Of a stretch of 33,119 nt of DNA, positions 8,783-19,183 are shown piece after piece (positions within the stretch are counted from its first letter, which is position 1; the number at the start of each line of letters is the position of its first letter). Location: positions 1 to 33,119 of the forward strand of contig JBBIPN010000005.1 in NCBI GenBank assembly GCA_037442825.1, read 5' to 3'. The translations under genes and the position numbers were made by a program. The notes under the pieces were generated by a model that ran no database searches, was not told where the DNA came from, and saw nothing but the letters and a program-made list of their open reading frames with translations. The stretch is from Sulfurihydrogenibium sp. (GTDB lineage: Bacteria > Aquificota > Aquificia > Aquificales > Hydrogenothermaceae).

Positions 8783-11544
8783 AGTTAAAAGATTTAGCTA
8801 CAGAGTTAGGTTTAGATCCACATGTTTTAAAAACTGAAATTGAAGAAGAGTTTGGATTAAAACTAAAGAAAATTACAGACAAAATATCTGACGAAATAGT
8901 AAACTTACTTCGAGATAGGTATGTCAAAAGAGAAGAAGAAGTTGTAGAGACAAAAAAAGAAGAGAAAGGAATAAAAGCCTTTGACCTATATCATGAACTT
9001 GGTATTACACTACATGAACTTGAAGGAAAGTTAAGAGAGATTGGTTTTACTGAAGAGATCTCAAATCTTACAATAATAGATGAAGACACTGCTAAAAAAG
9101 TTAAAAACTTTATCGAAGAAGAAAAGAGAAAAAGAGAAGAAGAACTAAAAAGATTAAAAAAAGAGAAAAAGAGAAAAGAGGAAGAGAAAAAGAAAGAAGT
9201 AGAAGAAATTAAACCAAAAGAAGAAGTTATTAAAAAGGTAGAAGAAGTAAAGAAAGAAGAAGTTAAAGAAGAGATAAAAGAAGAAATTCCTGAAGTTATT
9301 GAAGGAGTTGTTGAAGAAGAGGTAAGAACTTTCAAAAGAGAAAGAAAACCTTTTGAAAAGAAAGAAGAAAAACCTTTCCAGAAAAAAGAAGAACATTTTG
9401 AAAGAAAAGAGAAGAAACCTTTTGAAAAAAAAGAAAAATTTGAAAAAAGAAAAGAAGATAGATTCAAAAAAAGAGAAGAAAAACCTTTTGTGAAAAAAGA
9501 AAAATATGAGAAAAAGATTGAAGAAAAACCTCAGCAAAGGGAAGAAAAAATAAGATTAGAAAAGCCAAAAGAACAACAAGAAATAACAATCGTTCCCCAA
9601 TCTATAAAAGAAGATAAAAGATTAGAAAAGAAAGAGGTAAAAGAAGAAAGAGAAGAAAGATTAACAAAAGAACAAAAAGAAGAGATGGAAGCTCTCAGAA
9701 AACTTATGGAGAGCCATCCTAAAAAGAAAAAACAACCTAAAAAAGAGGAAAAGAAAAAAGAGGAAGTAGAAGAAAAAGAAGAGGAAATAAAAATTGTTCA
9801 AATTCCAGAAGTTATAACTGTTAGAGAGTTGGCAGATTTACTTAATATAGCTGTAAATCAAATTCTATTAGACCTGTTAAAAAGAAAAATTTTAGCTACA
9901 GTTAACCAAACGATAGATCCTAAAATAGCTTTAGAAATAGCAGAAGAACACGGATTCTTAGCAGAAATAAAAGAAGAAGGTACAGAAGAAGAAACAGAAG
10001 CTACAATTACTGAAGAAGAGAAAGATCAAGAAAAGGAAGAGAACCTTACAGAAAAACCACCTGTCGTTACTGTAATGGGACACGTCGACCATGGAAAAAC
10101 TACATTATTAGATACAATAAGAAAAACAGATGTTGCAGCGAAAGAACACGGCGGTATAACACAGCATATAGGTGCATATAAAATAAAATTACCAAATGAA
10201 AAAGAGATAACATTCCTTGATACACCGGGGCACGAAGCTTTTACCACTCTTAGAGCAAGAGGTTCTAAAGTTGCAGATATAGCTGTTTTAGTAGTAGCAG
10301 CAGACGATGGAGTAAAACCGCAAACAGTAGAAGCTATTAACCACGCAAAAAACGCAAAAGTGCCGATAATTGTTGCTGTTAACAAAATAGATAAACCTGG
10401 AGCAGATCCTCTCAGAGTAAGACAAGAACTTACCCAGTACAACCTTATCCCTGAAGAATGGGGTGGAGATACAATATTTGTTGATATATCAGCAAAAACA
10501 GGTAAAAACATAGATCGGCTTTTAGAAATGATACTACTTGTTGCTGAGATGTTAGAACTTAAAGCAAACTCTAATAAACTTGCTACTGGAACTGTTATAG
10601 AGTCTAAACTTGATCCTAAAAAGGGGCCTGTTGCTACAGTACTTGTAGAAAATGGAACGTTGAAAGTAGGAGATTGCTTTGTAGCAGGTTATAGTTTTGG
10701 TAAAGTAAAAGCATTACTTAATGAAAAAGGGGAAAGATTAAAAGAAGCTGGTCCAGGAACACCTGTTGAAGTATTAGGGTTTGATGAAGTTCCTCAAGCT
10801 GGAGATAAATTTATAGTAAAAGCAACAGAAAGAGAAGCAAAACAACTTGCAGAAATCAGAAAACAAAAAAGAGAAGAAGAGCTTTTAGCAAATAAAACAA
10901 GGATCCACTTGGAAAACTTAAGTGATGTTAAAGAAATTAATATAATACTAAAGGCAGATGTTCAAGGGTCTTTAGAAGCATTGAAAAAATCTATAGAAGA
11001 TTTATCAAACAAATTTGAAGAGGTAAGTATAAATATAATCCACGCTGCAGTAGGTGGAATTGTAGAAAGTGACGTTATGTTAGCTGCAGCTTCAAATGCA
11101 ATTATAATAGGTTTCAATGTAAGACCTGACGCAGGTGCAAGAAAAACAGCAGAAGAAGAGAACGTAGATATCAGAATATACAACATTATATATCAAGCAA
11201 TAGAAGACTTAGAAAAAGCTATGAAAGGTATGCTTGCTCCAACAACAAGGGAAGTTCTCCTTGGAACAGCTGAAGTGAGAGCAGTATTCAAAGCAAAATC
11301 CATAGGTACAATAGCTGGATGCTATGTTACTGAAGGTTTTATTAAAAGAAATACAAAAGTAAGATTAGTAAGAAACGGTATAGTAATATATGATGGAGAG
11401 ATGAACTCATTAAAAAGATTTAAAGAAGATGTAAAAGAAGTTCAAAAAGGTTTTGAATGTGGTTTAACATTAAAGAACTTTAACGATATTAAAGTAGATG
11501 ACATTATAGAAGCTTATGAAATTGTTGAAGAAAAACCTCAATAA
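8779..11544 (+). CDS. infB: Translation initiation factor IF-2
   Basis: [55 protein letters not shown] start after GGAGG. Confidence 0.99.
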   Translation: MKLKDLATELGLDPHVLKTEIEEEFGLKLKKITDKISDEIVNLLRDRYVKREEEVVETKKEEKGIKAFDLYHELGITLHELEGKLREIGFTEEISNLTIIDEDTAKKVKNFIEEEKRKREEELKRLKKEKKRKEEEKKKEVEEIKPKEEVIKKVEEVKKEEVKEEIKEEIPEVIEGVVEEEVRTFKRERKPFEKKEEKPFQKKEEHFERKEKKPFEKKEKFEKRKEDRFKKREEKPFVKKEKYEKKIEEKPQQREEKIRLEKPKEQQEITIVPQSIKEDKRLEKKEVKEEREERLTKEQKEEMEALRKLMESHPKKKKQPKKEEKKKEEVEEKEEEIKIVQIPEVITVRELADLLNIAVNQILLDLLKRKILATVNQTIDPKIALEIAEEHGFLAEIKEEGTEEETEATITEEEKDQEKEENLTEKPPVVTVMGHVDHGKTTLLDTIRKTDVAAKEHGGITQHIGAYKIKLPNEKEITFLDTPGHEAFTTLRARGSKVADIAVLVVAADDGVKPQTVEAINHAKNAKVPIIVAVNKIDKPGADPLRVRQELTQYNLIPEEWGGDTIFVDISAKTGKNIDRLLEMILLVAEMLELKANSNKLATGTVIESKLDPKKGPVATVLVENGTLKVGDCFVAGYSFGKVKALLNEKGERLKEAGPGTPVEVLGFDEVPQAGDKFIVKATEREAKQLAEIRKQKREEELLANKTRIHLENLSDVKEINIILKADVQGSLEALKKSIEDLSNKFEEVSINIIHAAVGGIVESDVMLAAASNAIIIGFNVRPDAGARKTAEEENVDIRIYNIIYQAIEDLEKAMKGMLAPTTREVLLGTAEVRAVFKAKSIGTIAGCYVTEGFIKRNTKVRLVRNGIVIYDGEMNSLKRFKEDVKEVQKGFECGLTLKNFNDIKVDDIIEAYEIVEEKPQ
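9328..9516 (+). repeat. Imperfect in-frame (K/P)F(E/Q/K/V)KKEE-type repeat in the IF-2 N-terminal region
   Basis: [60 protein letters not shown] recurs four times. Confidence 0.75.
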
Positions 11545-12175
11545 AAAAGAAGTTTTTAAAGTAATTGAGATATTTAGATCTGTAGAAGGGGAAGGCAGAT
11601 GGGTAGGCCTTCCTGTAGTATTTATAAGGCTGGAAGGTTGTAATTTAAGATGCAGCTGGTGTGATACCACCTATTCTTACATTGGTCAAAACTATCAAAC
11701 AATCGATTTAGAATCTATTGTAGAAAAAGTGAAACAGTACAAAATAAAAAGAGTTTGTATAACTGGTGGAGAGCCGTTTTTTACAGAAAACCTCGATAAA
11801 CTTGTTTTTAGATTATTAGAAAAAGATTTTCAGATATTTATTGAAACAAATGGAACACTATGGAATGAAAACTTTGATAATATTGATACATCTAAGGTTT
11901 ATATAACCTGTTCGCCAAAACCACCATTTTATTTTATAAATAAAAACATTTTACCTTACATATCAGAACTTAAATTTGTAGTAGATGAAAATTTATCAAT
12001 AGAAAACATTTTACTTTATAAAGATTTCATAAAAAATGATACTATAGTTCTACAACCAGAAAGTAATAAACAAGAAATGATAAAAAAAGCACTTGAAATT
12101 CAGGATAAACTACTTGACCATAACATTGAAAGCAGAATCATACCCCAATGTCATAAAATACTAAATTTACCTTAA
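11516..12175 (+). CDS. queE: 7-carboxy-7-deazaguanine synthase (radical SAM)
   Basis: [48 protein letters not shown]. Confidence 0.93.
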   Translation: MKLLKKNLNKKEVFKVIEIFRSVEGEGRWVGLPVVFIRLEGCNLRCSWCDTTYSYIGQNYQTIDLESIVEKVKQYKIKRVCITGGEPFFTENLDKLVFRLLEKDFQIFIETNGTLWNENFDNIDTSKVYITCSPKPPFYFINKNILPYISELKFVVDENLSIENILLYKDFIKNDTIVLQPESNKQEMIKKALEIQDKLLDHNIESRIIPQCHKILNLP

Positions 12176-12819
12176 TCAGCAAAAGTATTTAAAATTTTTG
12201 CTATTTCTCTTTGTCTATCAAATATGTATTTAGCTATTGCATCCTCTAATTTGGTAGTAGGATTTAAAAGTTTATTACCATAACGACAAGTTTTATCAGG
12301 TCTATCTACTTTATATAATGTTTTAAATATTACTGAATAACTTTTATTTTCAACGATAAGTTTACCTGAATATTCATTATTTACTTTTAAAGTTACATCT
12401 TTAGGAAGTTTAAAACCAAAACCTTTTTCAGATATATCCCTCAAATGGACACATAAATTTAAATCATCTATTTCAAGGATAATAGGGCTTTTTGCTGAAC
12501 ATTTAACTCTAACATTTTCCCTTTTTATCTTTGGTTCTATAGCCAAAGAAGGAAATGATGTTACTAATGTATCTTTGTTCCAAAAAAGAGCTTTCAATGT
12601 TAAAATTTCATCATCAAATTTAACGTAAACTTCCTTTTCTTCATTTATCATTGCTTCTATTTTTGAATTAATTTCAAACTCAATCTGCTTTCTTGAAAAA
12701 TCAATATCTAACACATTTAAAATAACCTTAATTGGGGCTTCATGATAAAATATGTAAACTTGCATTTTTTTCTCTTTTTCTAATTTGTTAATGAATCTAT
12801 TTATAAGACCTTCATCCAC
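12172..12819 (-). CDS. PilZ-domain c-di-GMP-binding protein (YcgR-like layout)
   Basis: RxxxR (RENVR) and DxSxxG (DISEKG) motifs, C-terminal I.KYIFDRQRE; GTG start after AGGAG. Confidence 0.85.
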   Translation of the reverse strand: MDEGLINRFINKLEKEKKMQVYIFYHEAPIKVILNVLDIDFSRKQIEFEINSKIEAMINEEKEVYVKFDDEILTLKALFWNKDTLVTSFPSLAIEPKIKRENVRVKCSAKSPIILEIDDLNLCVHLRDISEKGFGFKLPKDVTLKVNNEYSGKLIVENKSYSVIFKTLYKVDRPDKTCRYGNKLLNPTTKLEDAIAKYIFDRQREIAKILNTFAD

Positions 12820-12877
12820 CCTGTAATACTCCTATATGTGATATCATTATTTTATCATAAAAAAACAGGTAAGGAAA

Positions 12878-13942
12878 ATGGATGAGATCTTATTAACATT
12901 AGAATTAATATTTATTAAAGGTTTAGGTAGTTCAACAGTAAAAAAATTAATACAGCATTACCAAACATTTATTAGTGCAGTAAATCAATCATATGAAGAG
13001 ATTGAGAGAAATTTTGGGGGAAATGTAGCAGATTTAATAATAAAAAGAGATAAAAGTTTAAGAGATTTAGCTTTAAAAGAGTATGAAAAGGCTGCTAAAA
13101 ACAATGTTAGACTTATACCATTATCTTCAAAAGAATATCCATCACTTTTAAAAGAGATAAATGACCCACCTGTAGTTTTGTATCTAAAAGGAATACTAAA
13201 AGATTTAGATAACTCAATTTCTGTAGTAGGAACAAGGAAATACTCTCAGTATGGGATGTATATTGTTAACAATATTGTAAGGGAACTTGCAAAAAATAAA
13301 GTTACCATTGTCTCTGGTTTAGCACTTGGAATAGATGGACTGTCCCATAAAGTAGCTTTAGAGGAAGATAGTTATACCATAGCTGTAGTAGGAAATTCTT
13401 TAGATTTTATATACCCTCCAGAAAATAAAAAACTATACAGAGAGATTGAAGAAAAAGGCTGTATAATATCAGAATTTCCATTTGGAACAAAACCTTCCAT
13501 GTATACATTCCCACGGAGAAACAGAATTATAGCTGGTTTATCATATGGAACATTTGTTGTAGAAGCACCGGAAAAATCAGGAAGCCTAATAACAGCAAAC
13601 TACGCAAATGATTATGGAAGATTAGTTTTTACTGTACCAGCAAATATAAATTTAAAATCTGCTTCTGGAAACAATCTATTAATAAAAGAAGGAGCTGTTC
13701 CTATAACAAACTTTGAAGACTTTAAACAATATTTACCTTATCTAAACTATAACCAAACTAAAGAAGAGTCATTAAACCTTTCTACAGAAGAGTTAGAGTT
13801 GTTAAAAGTCATTGGTAATGAAAAAGTTTATATAGATACAATATTAGAGAGATTTAATAACACCAACGTTTATGAAATATTAAACCAATTGGTTATAAAG
13901 GGATTATTAAACGAAGAGTTTGGTTTTTATTATAGAATTTAA
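12878..13942 (+). CDS. dprA: DNA-processing protein DprA
   Basis: YP.LLKEI.DPP.VLY.KG, VVGTR, IVSGLALGID, FPRRNRIIAGLS, VEA..KSGSLITA. Confidence 0.97.
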   Translation: MDEILLTLELIFIKGLGSSTVKKLIQHYQTFISAVNQSYEEIERNFGGNVADLIIKRDKSLRDLALKEYEKAAKNNVRLIPLSSKEYPSLLKEINDPPVVLYLKGILKDLDNSISVVGTRKYSQYGMYIVNNIVRELAKNKVTIVSGLALGIDGLSHKVALEEDSYTIAVVGNSLDFIYPPENKKLYREIEEKGCIISEFPFGTKPSMYTFPRRNRIIAGLSYGTFVVEAPEKSGSLITANYANDYGRLVFTVPANINLKSASGNNLLIKEGAVPITNFEDFKQYLPYLNYNQTKEESLNLSTEELELLKVIGNEKVYIDTILERFNNTNVYEILNQLVIKGLLNEEFGFYYRI

Positions 13943-13971
13943 GCTCCTCTGCTAAACAGAGGAGTGTTTTT
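13943..13971. terminator. Intrinsic terminator between convergent dprA and pnp
   Basis: GCTCCTCTG-ctaaa-CAGAGGAGT hairpin followed by GTTTTT. Confidence 0.8.
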
Positions 13972-13972
13972 A

Positions 13973-16084
13973 TTATTTAAATAGAAAATCATTCTTTGGT
14001 TTTAAATTATCTGGTACGTCTTTTAGTGATACTTTTACTCTTCCTTGGTCGTCAATCTCTATTACTTTAACTTTTAAAGTATCTCCAACTTTAATCACAT
14101 CTTTTGCAGATTTTAATCTCTCAGATGAAATTTGAGATACATGTAATAATGATAATTTACCTGGTAAAAGTTCTACAAACGCTCCATAGTCTTCTACTCT
14201 TGTAACTTTTCCTAAGTAAACTTCGCCAACTTCTATATCCATTATAAGCTGATTTATCATATCTACAGCTTTTTCTGATGCTAATTTACTTGTAGCATAG
14301 ACTTTTACGAGACCTTCAGGATCTATATCTATTTTAACACCGGTTTCTTCTATTATCTTTTTAATATTTTTACCTGCAGGACCTATTATTAAGCTAATCT
14401 TTTCTGGTAATACTCTAAGTGTTGTAACAGTTGGAGCATATGGAGAGAGTTGTTTTCTCGGTTCTGGTATAGTTTGATACATAAAGTCTAATATGTAGTT
14501 TCTGCCTTCTTTTGCCTGTTTTAAAGCTTTTTCTAATATTTCTTTTGTAAGGCCTTTAACTTTAATATCCATCTGGATAGATGTGACACCATCACGGGTA
14601 CCTGCAACTTTAAAGTCCATATCTCCAAGGTGGTCTTCATCACCAAGTATATCAGATAAGATTACAAATCTATCTTCACCTTTAACAAGACCCATAGCAA
14701 TACCAGCTACATGTTTTTTTATAGGAACACCAGCATCAAACAATGCTAAAGAACCACCACAAACTGTAGCCATAGAAGTAGAGCCATTTGATTCTAAAAT
14801 ATCTGAAACAACCCTTATAACATAAGGAAATTCTTCTTCGGAAGGAATTAATGGCTCTAAAGCCCTTTCTGCTAAATTACCATGACCTATTTCTCTTCTT
14901 GATGTTGCCCTTGGTGGTTTTGCTTCACCTGTTGAGAATGGTGGAAAGTTATAGTGAAGCATAAACCTTTTCATAACTTCACCAGCTTCGATACTTTCTT
15001 CTATCTGGCCTTCAGAAAGAGAACCAAGTGTAGCTGTTACAAAAGCTTGAGTTTGGCCTCTTGTGAATATTGCAGATCCATGGTTTCTTAGAAATACACC
15101 TACTTTTATCCAAATAGGTCTAATTTCTTCTGGCTTTCTTCCATCAATTCTTTTATTTTCATAGAGAACCAAATCTCTCATTACATCGCTAACAAGCTCT
15201 TTATATATTAAAGAAGCTTTCTTCTCTTTCTCTGGAACAATTTCTAAAGATGTTTTTATTTCTTCAAAGATAGTATTTATAGTTTTATTTCTCTCTTTCT
15301 TATCAACGATATCAAAAGCTTCTTTAATTCTTTGATAAGTAAGTTCTTTAAATTTAGATTTTAATAAAACTTCTTCTTCATCTGGTACTATCTTAATTTT
15401 TTCTTTACCATATTTAGCCCTTAACTCTTCTTGTAGGTCAATAAGTTTTTTTATTTCTTCATGGCCAAAAAGCATAGCTTCTAAAACATCTTCTTCTGGA
15501 ACCTCTTTTGCACCGCCCTCTACCATAACAATAGCATCTTTAGAACCAGCTACTACAATCTCTATATCAGCTTTTGATTTCTGAGCATATGTTGGGTTTA
15601 CTATAAACTGACCATCTACTCTACAAACCCTAACACCTGCAATAGGGCCTTCAAAAGGAGCTTCTGATATATGTAAAGCTGCAGATGCACCTACTATACC
15701 TAAAACATCAGGGTCAAATTGGTCATCTGCAGACAATGTATAAGCTGTTATTATAATATCATTGTAAAATCCTTTAGGAAATAAAGGTCTTATAGGTCTG
15801 TCAATATTCCTTGCAACTAGTATTTCTCTATCTGTAGGTTTTCCTTCCCTTTTTACAAATCCACCTGGAATTTTTCCATATGCATAATACTTCTCTCTAT
15901 ACTCAACTGTAAGAGGAAGAAAATCTATATCAGCTTGAGCCTCTTCTGACATTACAGCTGTTACTAATACAGCAGTATCCCCCTGTCTTACTATTACAGC
16001 ACCATTAGCTTGCTTTGCAAAATATCCCGTTTCAATAGAAAAAGGAGCACCGTTTATTACGGTTTGAACTTTAACTTCCTCCAT
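13973..16084 (-). CDS. pnp: Polyribonucleotide nucleotidyltransferase (PNPase)
   Basis: DFLPLTVEYREK, RREIGHG.LAERAL, ESNGSTSMATVC, EDHLGDMDFKVAGT, plus KH and S1 domains. Confidence 0.99.
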   Translation of the reverse strand: MEEVKVQTVINGAPFSIETGYFAKQANGAVIVRQGDTAVLVTAVMSEEAQADIDFLPLTVEYREKYYAYGKIPGGFVKREGKPTDREILVARNIDRPIRPLFPKGFYNDIIITAYTLSADDQFDPDVLGIVGASAALHISEAPFEGPIAGVRVCRVDGQFIVNPTYAQKSKADIEIVVAGSKDAIVMVEGGAKEVPEEDVLEAMLFGHEEIKKLIDLQEELRAKYGKEKIKIVPDEEEVLLKSKFKELTYQRIKEAFDIVDKKERNKTINTIFEEIKTSLEIVPEKEKKASLIYKELVSDVMRDLVLYENKRIDGRKPEEIRPIWIKVGVFLRNHGSAIFTRGQTQAFVTATLGSLSEGQIEESIEAGEVMKRFMLHYNFPPFSTGEAKPPRATSRREIGHGNLAERALEPLIPSEEEFPYVIRVVSDILESNGSTSMATVCGGSLALFDAGVPIKKHVAGIAMGLVKGEDRFVILSDILGDEDHLGDMDFKVAGTRDGVTSIQMDIKVKGLTKEILEKALKQAKEGRNYILDFMYQTIPEPRKQLSPYAPTVTTLRVLPEKISLIIGPAGKNIKKIIEETGVKIDIDPEGLVKVYATSKLASEKAVDMINQLIMDIEVGEVYLGKVTRVEDYGAFVELLPGKLSLLHVSQISSERLKSAKDVIKVGDTLKVKVIEIDDQGRVKVSLKDVPDNLKPKNDFLFK

Positions 16085-16096
16085 ATGATCTCCTAT

Positions 16097-16381
16097 TTAT
16101 TTAATATTTGACGTTTCTCTGATTCCAAGTTCTTCCATAATTTTTCTATATCTTTCTTCACTTTCCCTCTTAAGGTAGTTTAAAAGTTTTCTTCTTTTGT
16201 TAACCATAGCTATCAAGCCCCTTCTTGAATGAAGGTCTTTTTTGTTATTTTTAATATGTTCAGTTAGGTTTTTGATTCTTTCTGTAAGTATAGCTATTTG
16301 CACTTCTGGAGAACCAGTATCATTTTCGTGTAATGCAAATTTTTTAATTAATTCTTGCTTTTTTTCAGCAGTAATTGACAT
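16097..16381 (-). CDS. rpsO: 30S ribosomal protein S15
   Basis: [34 protein letters not shown]. Confidence 0.99.
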   Translation of the reverse strand: MSITAEKKQELIKKFALHENDTGSPEVQIAILTERIKNLTEHIKNNKKDLHSRRGLIAMVNKRRKLLNYLKRESEERYRKIMEELGIRETSNIK

Positions 16382-16416
16382 TAATTACCTCCTAATTTCA
16401 AAAATTTTAGATATAG

Positions 16417-16427
16417 ATTATACCACA
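16417..16427 (-). promoter_or_regulatory. Extended -10 promoter of rpsO-pnp
   Basis: TGTGGTATAAT on the minus strand, about 35 bp upstream of the rpsO ATG. Confidence 0.7.
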
Positions 16428-16469
16428 TTTTGCTTTTTTCTGAAGTTTGTTAATTGATGTTTTTGAAAA

Positions 16470-16556
16470 TGGTGGGAAAGGAGGGAATCGAACCCTCACG
16501 GCCTTGCGGCCAAGGGATTTTAAGTCCCTCGCGTCTGCCAGTTCCGCCACTTTCCC
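16470..16556 (-). tRNA. tRNA-Leu (anticodon TAA)
   Basis: GGGAAAG acceptor stem, D-loop TGG, anticodon arm AGGGA-CTTAAAA-TCCCT, long variable arm GGCC-GCAA-GGCC, GGTTCGATTCC, encoded CCA; 87 nt. Confidence 0.98.
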
Positions 16557-16572
16557 ATTTTTGATAGTAAAA

Positions 16573-16601
16573 AATATATCACACTTTTAAAAATTTTGCA
16601 A
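16573..16601 (-). promoter_or_regulatory. sigma70-type promoter of tRNA-Leu
   Basis: TTGCAA-17 bp-TATATT with a TG extension. Confidence 0.65.
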
Positions 16602-16793
16602 CTTTAATTAAAGTATACCAAATACAAACTAACACAGATTAAACGTTGAGCATGCATAATTGACCTTACTGGATCTATAACATAAAAAATTTATTGTTAA
16701 AGTATCTTACAGTTTTCAACGTTACAAGTTAAAAGTTTAAAATTAAATAGAATTATGACATATAAACACTTTACCTCATAGTTTGTTAAACAT

Positions 16794-16814
16794 TATTGAG
16801 ATACAATCTCAATA
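16794..16814. promoter_or_regulatory. Palindromic operator (Fur-family-like) upstream of the OMP gene
   Basis: TATTGAGAT-ACA-ATCTCAATA (9-3-9) overlapping TATAAT at 16813-16818. Confidence 0.55.
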
Positions 16815-16839
16815 TAATTTAATTTAGAAGGAGTTAAAA

Positions 16840-17556
16840 ATGAAAAAAGCTTCATATTTATTAACTATATCTTTAATCTTTGGAAGTTATGAGTACTCTT
16901 TTGCTGGGAAAAAAGCCCTTATATGGGACGATACAGAGACAGTTGGAAAAGGAAACTATCAAGTTGAAAATTACTTTTTTTATACTAAAGATGTTGAAGA
17001 AAAAGAAGGAAGTTATATTTTTAACTTCACATTTGGATATAATGATAAAACTGATTTAGCTGTAAATATACCTTTTGGTTATCTAAAAACATATGAAAAC
17101 ACATACTCTGACATTTCTGACCCATTCTTTGAAATAAAATATAGATTCTACGAAAAGGATAATTTAAAATTTTCTATTAAACCATTTATAAGTATCCCAG
17201 TAAAGAAAGAAAGTAAGTTTAGTTGTAAAGAAATAAGCTATGGATTAACACTAACTGGTCAACTTAAAGAAGGAAAATTTTCTTTTTATTCTAACACTTC
17301 TTTCATGGTACACCAAAACAGGATTTCTGGAGAAAATGAGTTTTTTCAATCAATATCTACTGAGTATAGTATAAAAGATAATTTTAGCGTTATCGGAAGT
17401 TTATACCTTTCAAGCTATGGAGAAACAAAAAAAGGAGGTGTAATAGGTTTTGGCTATTTCTTAGGTAAGATGGAAATAGGTTTTGGAATAGGAAAAAGGT
17501 TCGATTCTAAGAATGATTTCTCTATCTACAGTGGAATAACTGTTAAATTTTATTAA
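16840..17556 (+). CDS. Putative outer-membrane beta-barrel transporter
   Basis: Signal peptide ending SFA, N-terminal LI.DDTETVGKG..QVE, alternating aromatic beta-strand pattern, C-terminal G.T.KFY barrel signal. Confidence 0.72.
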   Translation: MKKASYLLTISLIFGSYEYSFAGKKALIWDDTETVGKGNYQVENYFFYTKDVEEKEGSYIFNFTFGYNDKTDLAVNIPFGYLKTYENTYSDISDPFFEIKYRFYEKDNLKFSIKPFISIPVKKESKFSCKEISYGLTLTGQLKEGKFSFYSNTSFMVHQNRISGENEFFQSISTEYSIKDNFSVIGSLYLSSYGETKKGGVIGFGYFLGKMEIGFGIGKRFDSKNDFSIYSGITVKFY

Positions 17557-17598
17557 ATGTTAAAATATTTACATTAATTAAAATTTGGAGAGAAAAAG

Positions 17599-18666
17599 AT
17601 AGAGATACTACTTTTTATTTTTGTTATCTATATACTGTACTTTGAGTTTAGACCTTTTAAAGTTTTAAAATTAGATAAAGTAGAAAAAAGAGAGTTTCCA
17701 AATCATAATTTTTATACTTATAACGTTGTAGCCCATATACATACACAATTTTCTTTTGATTCTTTAGGTAAACCATCAGATATTAAAAAGGCTATGGAGA
17801 TAAACAATATTGATTTTGTATTTGTAACAGACCATAACAATTTAGATTATAAAATATTTGAAGATGATAAAATTTTTGCAGGTATAGAAAAAAATAGTGA
17901 AAATGGAAGACTTTTACTCCTTGGTAATCAACTTCCTGTTATCTCCCATCCCCACAACTTTGATTTTGAACACTATAGATGGAAAGGGTCTTTTAAGGAA
18001 GGACATTTATATGAATTTATAGATATAAAAGATATTGTTGTGTGGAATAAATTAATTACAGGTTTAGCTCTTATAAAAAATCTTTTAATACTTCCTTTCG
18101 TTAAAAGTCCAATTCATAAATGGAACAGCCTTATACCTATAGATAAGTGGAGAAACTTATACTACAGTAGAGCTAAACATTTAAACATTATTGGAGGTCT
18201 TGATTTACATGTAAAGGTAATCTATCAAGAAAAAATACATGGTACTTTAATACCTTCTTATAAATCTGGTTTTAAATGGTTGATAAACAAAGTTTATTCA
18301 GAAAAACCACTTATAACAAAAGAAGATGTTTTAGATGCTATATCAAAAGGAAATCTTTATCTAAGTATAAACCAAAATTTTATAGATATAGTTGCATTAG
18401 ATAATGGTAATATAAAAAAAATTGGTAGTCAAATATCTGTTGGAAGTGAGATTTTTGTTAAATCTAAGGAAAAAAGGATTTGTATTTTGTATAAAGACTC
18501 TATTCCTATTTTAAAAACTGATAAAGTCTCTTTTTCTTACAAGATTACAGAAAGAGGTAACTATCATTTAGAAGTTTATGAGTATGATTTTAGATTGTTT
18601 AATCTTTATGTAGGTTTTAGACCTGTAATTATAACAAACTTTTTTAGGGTGAATGATGAGAAATGA
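17599..18666 (+). CDS. Membrane-anchored PHP-domain phosphoesterase; start extended upstream of the ORF-track ATG
   Basis: The frame stays open upstream of ATG 17794 and encodes a TM segment plus PHP motif HIHTQFSFD. VTDHN, SHP and GGLDLH follow. GGAGAG precedes ATA 17599. Confidence 0.8.
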   Translation: MEILLFIFVIYILYFEFRPFKVLKLDKVEKREFPNHNFYTYNVVAHIHTQFSFDSLGKPSDIKKAMEINNIDFVFVTDHNNLDYKIFEDDKIFAGIEKNSENGRLLLLGNQLPVISHPHNFDFEHYRWKGSFKEGHLYEFIDIKDIVVWNKLITGLALIKNLLILPFVKSPIHKWNSLIPIDKWRNLYYSRAKHLNIIGGLDLHVKVIYQEKIHGTLIPSYKSGFKWLINKVYSEKPLITKEDVLDAISKGNLYLSINQNFIDIVALDNGNIKKIGSQISVGSEIFVKSKEKRICILYKDSIPILKTDKVSFSYKITERGNYHLEVYEYDFRLFNLYVGFRPVIITNFFRVNDEK

Positions 18667-19183
18667 TTGGGAGATAAAAATAAGGTGGAATGTAAAACTT
18701 TTCTATTTTATAAACTCAAGAAGAAATAAGTTTTTAGATAAGTTTTATAAATATTTCTATCTTATTGGAAAAACATACTCTTTACCAATATACTTGTTTT
18801 TATTTTATATATCTTGTGGAATAGAATCTATTAAACATTTAGTTGTTAGTTTAATAATAACAGGAATACTTATGCCTTTTATAAAGTACACTTTTAGACA
18901 TAAAAGACCTTCTTCATTGCTTGAAAATGTAGTTTTACTTGAACCAGTATTTTTAAAAAGTTTTCCATCTGCCGATAGTGCCTATGTATCTACAATATTT
19001 AGTGTTGCCTTAGTTTGTGGGAATATATATTTGTCCTTAATTCTGCTTATTATAACTTTACTTATCGGTTATGGTAGAGTTTATATGGGTGCTCACTTTC
19101 CTTTAGATGTATTAGCTGGTTATACATTTGGTTTTCTTTCAGCTTTAACTGGATTTTATATATTAAACAACTTTTCAATCTAA
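18653..19183 (+). CDS. PAP2-family membrane phosphatase
   Basis: KxxxxxxRP, SFPSAD (variant of SFPSGH) and GRVYMGAHFPLDV motifs, with several TM helices. Confidence 0.9.
   Translation: MMRNDWEIKIRWNVKLFYFINSRRNKFLDKFYKYFYLIGKTYSLPIYLFLFYISCGIESIKHLVVSLIITGILMPFIKYTFRHKRPSSLLENVVLLEPVFLKSFPSADSAYVSTIFSVALVCGNIYLSLILLIITLLIGYGRVYMGAHFPLDVLAGYTFGFLSALTGFYILNNFSI

Noticed and set aside
8991..9537. Long minus-strand Phe/Ser-rich ORFs opposite infB
   Set aside because: They are antisense shadows of the GAA/AAA-rich IF-2 linker, with no RBS or motif.
11480..11545. preQ1 riboswitch before queE
   Set aside because: There is no intergenic space, because queE overlaps infB.
12836..12860. TGATATCA dyad between the PilZ gene and dprA as a Fur box
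   Set aside because: The match is weak and is as well explained by overlapping divergent AT-rich promoters.
16382..16416. S15 autoregulatory leader
   Set aside because: The UTR from the proximal promoter is only about 30 nt and AT-rich, with no supportable structure.
16382..16620. tRNA-Leu as the integration site of an island
   Set aside because: No integrase or duplicated tRNA 3' end was found, and the tRNA 3' side leads directly to rpsO.
16642..16723. AACGTTGA...TCAACGTT inverted repeat as a riboswitch or sRNA upstream of the OMP gene
   Set aside because: It is only 8 bp with a self-palindromic core, and no recognisable riboswitch motif or terminator is present.
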